IMG/VR virus record: IMGVR_UViG_3300035670_000236
Span: 1-59,210 of that record
DNA: 59,210 bases
Reading direction: 5' to 3' (one strand)
From: a virus
Lineage: Duplodnaviria; Caudoviricetes
Shown: positions 52,955 to 59,210 of the stretch, one piece after another
Numbering within the stretch: position 1 is the stretch's first letter
How the letters are laid out: each line of letters starts with the position of its first letter
Program-made: the position numbers and the translations under genes
The notes under the pieces: generated by a model
Databases searched by the model: none
What the model saw: only the letters and a program-made list of their open reading frames with translations
What the model was told of the DNA's origin: nothing

Positions 52955-54815
52955 GGCGCAAGACTTAGCAACGGGTCAATTAGACCCTACGCAAGTTTAT
53001 ACAACGCCAAACCTTGTTCAGCCTACGGTGTCTGGAACTAATCAGACACCATGGCAGAACGGTGTCTATCAAGATAACCTAACATGTTGGGCATGGGGTG
53101 ATCCTGGCTATTGCGGTCCAAATCCAATTGTGCGTCCTGGTGGCAACATAAACTTTTCTTTTGGACTAACAGACTTGTATCAAGCACAAGCGGTTGCGAG
53201 TGTTCTTCCTAATTCAGGAACAGGGCTTCGAGTGAATGGATATAACTTTGGGTTTACTGCAAAGAATGGTAACGGATGGGACAATGGACAAGTAGACTAT
53301 CTGAGTGCATACGTTAATTTCTATGACCCATCAGGTAGTTTACTTCGCGGCGACAACTACAATTTGAATTATAAGTTTGATTGGACAAACTTCAATTTCA
53401 GTCAGACTTTCAACACACCATATGCAACAAAAGATTTAGGTGATGTTCGTTATGGCTTTATCGGCGGCGACTCAAACTTTTGGGCAGGTCCATATGGACC
53501 CGAAATCTACAATGTTAATTTCAGTCTGAAGTTTTCTGTTGATCCATGCTTCGTGAATGTATTAAGTTCTCCTTCATGTCCTGGTTACTTAGAAGAATTG
53601 GCTAAACTCAATACTACACCTACTATCGCTGAAATAACAACAAACACAACTGGTACAGGAACTCAAATTGTAGAACCTGTAACACAAACTGTTTTGAGTT
53701 CACCAACTACTTCAACCACAACTATCACAGAGACTTCTTCACCCGCAACTGTTGTTTCACCAACAACAACTGTTGTCGCAACCACAACGTCTTCATCTGC
53801 TGCGCCAGCAACAACTGCAAGTCCTACTGTAAATAATCCACAACCTAAAGTTGGTGAAGTTAATGCATCAACTGCACCAAAATCTACAGTATCAACTTCT
53901 CAGATTCTAAGCATTATTTCTAAAGAACAAGACAGACTTGGTAGCGTAGAAAGAAGTGTAGTAGAACAAACTACACAGCAGGCGAATCAAGCGGCGACAA
54001 GCGCAACTCAACAAGCGGAAGCAGTAGCAGCACAAGCACAGTCACAAAGTATTGCGGCAAGTGTTCAAGCAGCAAAAGATGCACAAGCAACCGCGCAGGC
54101 GTCATCTAGATCGGCAGAAATGTCGATTGCAATAAATGCGCCTTCTGTAGTTCAGAATTCTGTTTTAATGAATTCACAAACAAATTTGGGAACAGGAATT
54201 AGATTGCCCGAATCTGCATCAGTCAATATAATCACAGATAATAATTTTAATACCGCATCGAACACTAGCACTTATAGACAATCTGTTCAACCTCAACAAA
54301 TTTTGCCACAGGTAATATCTATTGTGCCACAACAATCAATTCAATATCAGCAGTCGATAACATCTACACAAGAAAGCGGAACAATGACGTTTTCAGTAGC
54401 ACCACAATTATCCATAAGAAGTTTTTCAATTGATCAAAAAAATACAGAAACAAATATAACACAAGAAACTCAAATTGCAACCGTATCAACACTCGATAGA
54501 CAATTGCTTGATGATATACAAAAGCCAACAACTATACAAACAGAAACTAAAACAACAACACAAAAATCTTCCGTCAATCAAAAAGCAAAAGATAATGAAC
54601 TTGCTGCTGGAGTTAATCTAGCATCAATGACAACTCAACCCGTAGGATTTGAATTGTATATGAGTGCATTGCCTGATGGTCAATTCTACGCACCAAAGGA
54701 AATATATAAAGGACAAAAGAATGTTGATAATGCTAGATTGTTGAGAGGATTAACAGGGGGAAGTGATAGATTACATCAGCAGATGATCGACTCACAGTAT
54801 AATTTAGGTAACTAA
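52887..54815 (+). CDS. Secreted protein with Thr/Ser/Gln-rich linker
   Basis: Signal peptide from ATG 52887; aromatic-rich N-domain, DPC...SPSCPGY. Confidence 0.7.
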   Translation: MISIRRLASALCLALCFSVSLSKAQDLATGQLDPTQVYTTPNLVQPTVSGTNQTPWQNGVYQDNLTCWAWGDPGYCGPNPIVRPGGNINFSFGLTDLYQAQAVASVLPNSGTGLRVNGYNFGFTAKNGNGWDNGQVDYLSAYVNFYDPSGSLLRGDNYNLNYKFDWTNFNFSQTFNTPYATKDLGDVRYGFIGGDSNFWAGPYGPEIYNVNFSLKFSVDPCFVNVLSSPSCPGYLEELAKLNTTPTIAEITTNTTGTGTQIVEPVTQTVLSSPTTSTTTITETSSPATVVSPTTTVVATTTSSSAAPATTASPTVNNPQPKVGEVNASTAPKSTVSTSQILSIISKEQDRLGSVERSVVEQTTQQANQAATSATQQAEAVAAQAQSQSIAASVQAAKDAQATAQASSRSAEMSIAINAPSVVQNSVLMNSQTNLGTGIRLPESASVNIITDNNFNTASNTSTYRQSVQPQQILPQVISIVPQQSIQYQQSITSTQESGTMTFSVAPQLSIRSFSIDQKNTETNITQETQIATVSTLDRQLLDDIQKPTTIQTETKTTTQKSSVNQKAKDNELAAGVNLASMTTQPVGFELYMSALPDGQFYAPKEIYKGQKNVDNARLLRGLTGGSDRLHQQMIDSQYNLGN

Positions 54816-54816
54816 A

Positions 54817-55206
54817 ATGAAAAGAAGAAAGAGATATACCGATGAGGAATTTGAAATGAACGAACGTCAAATAATGTTAGAGAATGAAGACAAAAAACAA
54901 GATGCACAAAGGAACATGGCATGGTTTGCGCTTGCAGGTATGCTACTATATCCTTTTGCAGTAGTCATAGCAATTTGGTTAGGACTTGATAAAGCAGCAA
55001 CTATCTTAGGCGATATGGCAGCAACGTATTTCGTTTCTGTTGCAGCAATTGTTGCGGCATTTTATGGTAAAGAAGCATTTGTTTCTAGAAATGATCCACC
55101 CAAGCCAAGAAGAAGATACTATGAAGAGAATGATGAACCAGTTAGATATTCACCTAGATCATATAGAGGAACACCATTACCAAAACAAGAACAAGAGGAA
55201 CTATAA
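54817..55206 (+). CDS. 2-TM membrane protein (holin-like, uncertain)
   Basis: AQRNMAWFAL...YFVSVAAIVAAFYG. Confidence 0.6.
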   Translation: MKRRKRYTDEEFEMNERQIMLENEDKKQDAQRNMAWFALAGMLLYPFAVVIAIWLGLDKAATILGDMAATYFVSVAAIVAAFYGKEAFVSRNDPPKPRRRYYEENDEPVRYSPRSYRGTPLPKQEQEEL

Positions 55207-55754
55207 TGTCAGAAAAAAACTTAGACGATGCAGTAGACAAGTTGGAGTCTGCGGTTGATCCCAATACTGTTATTAGTATTGGAGGATATAATTTTACTCC
55301 AGCAAAACTTATGATTGCAGGTACAATTGTTACCTCAGTCTTAGGTGGTCTATATGGTGCGTTTGAGGTATATAAAGATTATATGGATATGAAAGAAAAA
55401 ATTCAGCAGTATGTTGCACCAGACTTAGCAGAGATTTATAAAAAGATTGAATTGTTACAAGTAAACACAGACAAGACTATGGAATACACCAACGAAATCA
55501 AAAATGATTTAAAGGGTGATATTCGCAGACTTGAGAGTGTGGTTGAAAGTGTAGAACGTTCTACTAAAACAGATCAAAGATTGACTGATTCTGCAATGAA
55601 AGAAGTTCGTAGATATTCTGATACAACGATTAAAGAAGTAAATGCAGAATTAACAAAACTACAAAAAGAAAACGCAGCGGAGATTCGTGCGCTGCGTAGA
55701 GAACTTGATGATAAGATTAAGAAGGCTTTAGATAACCCACTTGCAAATCAATGA
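55206..55754 (+). CDS. TM + coiled-coil protein
   Basis: GGLYGAFEVYKDY, ends KALDNPL. Confidence 0.7.
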   Translation: MSEKNLDDAVDKLESAVDPNTVISIGGYNFTPAKLMIAGTIVTSVLGGLYGAFEVYKDYMDMKEKIQQYVAPDLAEIYKKIELLQVNTDKTMEYTNEIKNDLKGDIRRLESVVESVERSTKTDQRLTDSAMKEVRRYSDTTIKEVNAELTKLQKENAAEIRALRRELDDKIKKALDNPLANQ

Positions 55755-55795
55755 TACTTTACGATCAATACATTCGTTTGATGATTGTGATATGG

Positions 55796-55830
55796 TTTTT
55801 GCCGTATACCCTTATCGGATATACGGCAAA
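55796..55830. terminator. Hairpin terminator between convergent genes
   Basis: TTTGCCGTATA...TATACGGCAAA. Confidence 0.65.
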
Positions 55831-55842
55831 TTCCTGTAAGCC

Positions 55843-56139
55843 TTAAGCCTTAGTTGCTTTTGGCTTTCTGTTTCTAACAGCAGTCTTTGCTTTAACGGCT
55901 GCTTTCTTGACCTGAGTCTTAGCCTTTTCCGCTACAACTTTTACATCAGCAGCGTCAACTTTGCCGTCTTTGTTTGCGTCAGCGGCAACCTTAACTTCTT
56001 CTACTGTTTTCTCAAGCATTGCGCCTGCGTCTTTAAGATCGACTTTGCCGTCCTTATTTGCATCAAATCCGGTGTCGCGATTTGCATACCAAATTGCACC
56101 AAGAACTACAATTGCGATTAAAGCGATGATAATTTCCAT
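55843..56139 (-). CDS. Membrane-anchored protein with two EF-hand-like DxNxDG loops
   Basis: DANKDGKVD x2; Lys/Ala tail. Confidence 0.75.
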   Translation of the reverse strand: MEIIIALIAIVVLGAIWYANRDTGFDANKDGKVDLKDAGAMLEKTVEEVKVAADANKDGKVDAADVKVVAEKAKTQVKKAAVKAKTAVRNRKPKATKA

Positions 56140-56173
56140 AGTTTTCTCCTGTGGGGTAGTTTATTAGAAATAG

Positions 56174-56181
56174 TATTTATA
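56174..56181 (-). promoter_or_regulatory. T4 late promoter TATAAATA
   Basis: Exact consensus upstream of the EF-hand gene. Confidence 0.7.
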
Positions 56182-56188
56182 AGCGAAA

Positions 56189-56968
56189 TTAGTCCCAAAG
56201 TCCGCGATAATATTTACCGAAAAGACGTAGACCATTGTCAATACGTTTAGAGTGTTCAGCATAACCTTCAGCATCAAACTTTGCAGTATGTTCAGGACCC
56301 TCTTTAAGTTGATAGAGTTTAGGAGTTCCGTCTTCTTTCCAGTCACTTACTTCGGTATAAAAGTCGTGTTTACCTGTATGAAATTGAGACTCCCAATCAC
56401 TAGACAATTGTTCAAAAGACCAAATCATTTGATCAAGAACCCATTCCCAACGCATGTGAGTGAGGTCCCATGCTGCTTCATCCGCAGCACCTTTGCTGTC
56501 AGGAAACAAATCTAGTTGGTCATAATCGTGTTCTTTATATGTAGTATGAAACTTTTCAGGCACATCTTCATCGTCAACAATTTGAGAACCGTGCTTGGTT
56601 GCTTTCAATTGCTTCAGCATAGGAAGAATAATAGGATTCAAAGTTGAATCCATGTTCCAAGTATCATAACGATCAATCTTCACATAGATAATGCGTTTTC
56701 TCTTAGATTCAATCCAAAGCAAAAACTTATAAAGAAGTGTCTCTTTACGATCTTCTCTATCTAAAAACTTTTTGGGATCATCACCTTTCTTAGGTTCAGG
56801 TTCTACACTACCATGTGCAAGCCATTCCCCAAAGTTGTGAACCCAATCTGGCGTTCTATCGAATCCATATTCATCCTTTTCTTTCTTTGCCCAAAAGCAA
56901 AGTTTCTCAGCAAGTTGGTATGGACCAAACCAATTTTTATATGGACCGATATAAACTTTCATTTCCAA
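56189..56968 (-). CDS. Conserved phage protein (IDRYDTWNMD.TL...GLRLFGKYY..LWD)
   Basis: Motif recognition. Confidence 0.8.
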   Translation of the reverse strand: MEMKVYIGPYKNWFGPYQLAEKLCFWAKKEKDEYGFDRTPDWVHNFGEWLAHGSVEPEPKKGDDPKKFLDREDRKETLLYKFLLWIESKRKRIIYVKIDRYDTWNMDSTLNPIILPMLKQLKATKHGSQIVDDEDVPEKFHTTYKEHDYDQLDLFPDSKGAADEAAWDLTHMRWEWVLDQMIWSFEQLSSDWESQFHTGKHDFYTEVSDWKEDGTPKLYQLKEGPEHTAKFDAEGYAEHSKRIDNGLRLFGKYYRGLWD

Positions 56969-57100
56969 TCATCCTTTGCTTTTTCTATCTCATCCATTCT
57001 TGAAAGAATTCGTTTTGCAATATCACGAACCTCTTGCGTTACTGCCCACCCAAATCCTTCAGGATGATTTAGTTCCTTAAGGAACCATTTAATCTCTTCG

Positions 57101-57379
57101 TCAAGCCGCATCTGGCGGTTCTGGTTTGGTAGTACCATTGCTCTTTACCTTATTGTCTACGATCAAATGTAATGATGAAAAAGGTTTTGTATCAAACCAC
57201 TCAGGAAGTCTTTCTGCTATCAATTCAAGATGATAGTTATCAGGATAGTGTCGCAATACCCAAAGTGCTTTTCTACGAACATCTTTAGGCACTCTAGGCG
57301 TTTTCTTCGGGTCAATCAATTCGTAAAGAAATTCTTTACCGCATTTGAGTGCGCGATATCTTTCGTCAGGCAGAGTCAT
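57101..57379 (-). CDS. Conserved protein (MTLPDERYR...LRHYP)
   Basis: Start trimmed. Confidence 0.7.
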   Translation of the reverse strand: MTLPDERYRALKCGKEFLYELIDPKKTPRVPKDVRRKALWVLRHYPDNYHLELIAERLPEWFDTKPFSSLHLIVDNKVKSNGTTKPEPPDAA

Positions 57380-57839
57380 CTTCTTGCTCCTTCCAAGTAG
57401 TGAAGAATGCTTCTTTCTTCTTTTCGTCAGACCATGCGCGACAATAATCATTGTCTTCATCACAAATGCGTAGTGCTTCGGCTTCAGTTACAACACGATG
57501 AGAAACAATTGTCTCACCGAGATGTTTCTGAGAAAACTCTTTTGCTTCTTCCATTGTTACAGTATCTAGCGCCCATTCTGATTTATCTTTTCCGTAACGG
57601 TCTGTACCAGTAGGCACTTCAACTAGATATCGTTGACGAAATGTAGAGATACATTCTACCATCACCAGTTGTGTTTCAACTTTCTTACGCATAGTCCAAG
57701 TTCCGTCTTTGTTGTCAATCCATTCAATTGTGTCGCCAGTTTTCCAACCTGCTTGCTCTAGTATATCATCACTTAACGGGAGAATCAAGTCTCCTGTTTC
57801 GGGGTCTTCTTCCAGACTGATAATCCATTGCTTACTCAT
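57366..57839 (-). CDS. AbrB/MazE-like N-terminal domain protein
   Basis: GDLILPLSDDIL..AGWKTGDTIEW. Confidence 0.65.
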   Translation of the reverse strand: MSKQWIISLEEDPETGDLILPLSDDILEQAGWKTGDTIEWIDNKDGTWTMRKKVETQLVMVECISTFRQRYLVEVPTGTDRYGKDKSEWALDTVTMEEAKEFSQKHLGETIVSHRVVTEAEALRICDEDNDYCRAWSDEKKKEAFFTTWKEQEDDSA

Positions 57840-58164
57840 AATGTAACTCCATAAACTTAGTTGACTCGGGCATTAGTTCCATCGATGCATCTTCACGCCC
57901 CTCAAACGTCTTTTCAAAATTTGCAAAGACACCTGAAGTGTATCCACTCATACCGTATGCATCTTTGTGACAACGATAAACACTACCACTAGACCCATGA
58001 AAAAGATAATAGTTTCCATCTTCTTCAATTCGTGTGCAACCACTATTCAGTTTCCATGAGTCGCTACCTAGATAGCCACCATACCAACTTGCGAGAATCT
58101 TATAGATTACTTCGCCATTGTGATTGAATTTTACCATTACCCATTTGTCAGGATTGTATTCCAT
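57832..58164 (-). CDS. Conserved T4-like protein (W.GGYL..DSWKLNSG)
   Basis: Motif recognition. Confidence 0.75.
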   Translation of the reverse strand: MEYNPDKWVMVKFNHNGEVIYKILASWYGGYLGSDSWKLNSGCTRIEEDGNYYLFHGSSGSVYRCHKDAYGMSGYTSGVFANFEKTFEGREDASMELMPESTKFMELHYE

Positions 58165-58345
58165 AATATTCTACCAATGATGAATTATACCGGCGATGAT
58201 AAAAAAGTTTGTAATGATGTATATCGCAACAATTACGGTACGAATTATTGCTACTTTATCTGCATCACTATTTGCCGGAAATGCTTTTTCGCCTAGAGCC
58301 TTTGCCCATAACTTCCACATATTATACAATATCCTATAGGGATTG

Positions 58346-58636
58346 TCAAATTGCCATTCTAATCAATCCAACGGTGTCAATCGTAGTTAGCAAGATGTAA
58401 TTAGCCAACATGCCAAATGATTTCCTAGTATAAGCAGCCCAAGCATAAATTGCACACCCAGCAATCCACAGAGGATAAAGAGCCAGTAGTGGGGGATTGG
58501 GCACAGTGAGCGCCATCGTAATGCTGCAACCAATACTGATAGCCCAAGCAAGCAACTCAGCAACAAACCTAAAAGGATGAGAGTTCCAGTCATCTTTAAT
58601 CCATTCTATAGTAGGTCGAAAAATTTCATTTAACAT
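58346..58636 (-). CDS. Small multi-TM membrane protein
   Basis: Three hydrophobic segments; start trimmed. Confidence 0.7.
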   Translation of the reverse strand: MLNEIFRPTIEWIKDDWNSHPFRFVAELLAWAISIGCSITMALTVPNPPLLALYPLWIAGCAIYAWAAYTRKSFGMLANYILLTTIDTVGLIRMAI

Positions 58637-58637
58637 A

Positions 58638-59210
58638 TTAGTCCAAGTTGAATAACTGTTGCTGAGTTTTAACAAAATGCATACGAATTGCATTCCATTG
58701 ATCAAATATTTCAGCAGAGTCGTGTTTAACAATATACGTTTTCATTTTATTGAGTGCATCCAAGACTTCAACAAAATCTCCAACTTCAGACTTATATACA
58801 GAATAGTCATAAGGTTTCGAATGAACCTTAAACTTATCGTGATTTAAAATCAAAAAGGTAGAAAACATACGCTCAATAATAAATGGGAACATATTTAATG
58901 ATGCATCCCTCGAATAGTTTGCGCTACTCTCATAAATATTTTTTACATCTTCAGGCAATTTCTCAAGTGCTTCTTTTATCTTAATCAAGAAATAAAGATA
59001 TTCATTCCAAAAAGATTTTCTAGCCACAAAGTAACTACAGTATCCAGTATTTGCTTCAGTCATGAATGCATGAAGTGGAGTGGTATCATACCCTGCAATT
59101 TCTAATGCGGTTCTTGCAACTAAACGAATGCCTTTATGAAAATATTCGCCTTGTTCCCAAACATTATACGTCAATGCATTTACTGTTCGTGCGTGATTAA
59201 AAACCCAAAC
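58638..59210 (-). CDS. Glycosyltransferase-associated hypothetical protein, runs off the right edge
   Basis: NVWEQGE..H, YCSYFVA...FW.EY, FIIER; frame open to window end. Confidence 0.5.
   Translation of the reverse strand, partial: VWVFNHARTVNALTYNVWEQGEYFHKGIRLVARTALEIAGYDTTPLHAFMTEANTGYCSYFVARKSFWNEYLYFLIKIKEALEKLPEDVKNIYESSANYSRDASLNMFPFIIERMFSTFLILNHDKFKVHSKPYDYSVYKSEVGDFVEVLDALNKMKTYIVKHDSAEIFDQWNAIRMHFVKTQQQLFNLD

Overview
This window is part of a large T4-like myophage genome. The ANDERFALAA tmRNA tag and the PqqA peptide suggest a Betaproteobacterial host (inference). Layout: (1) baseplate/tail module (gp53, gp48, gp4, gp2, tail tube-like, gp26/gp51, tape measure); (2) gp32/gp59/gp33; (3) an accessory block with a glycan-modifying cluster, a 23-aa PqqA missed by the ORF track, a two-piece (permuted) tmRNA, phoH and nucleases; (4) many small early genes behind repeated sigma70 promoter modules; (5) ahpC/ahpD; (6) a cluster of 29 tRNA or tRNA-like genes with an rrn-type boxA leader and a putative attenuator; (7) RNase H, more early genes, and a late + strand island of low-complexity secreted or membrane proteins. 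The best candidate for an undescribed system is a DUF2828 (Ro60/TROVE-like + vWA) gene inside the tRNA cluster, accompanied by five Y-RNA-like elements. These share a terminal stem with a CAGCAA motif. Two display bare anticodon stem-loops and one carries a complete circularly permuted tRNA-Arg. Other highlights are a D-arm-less tRNA-Tyr with a compensating pseudoknot and a probable -1 frameshift joining gp26 to gp51 just before the tape measure gene. All family calls come from motif recognition by eye; no searches were run.
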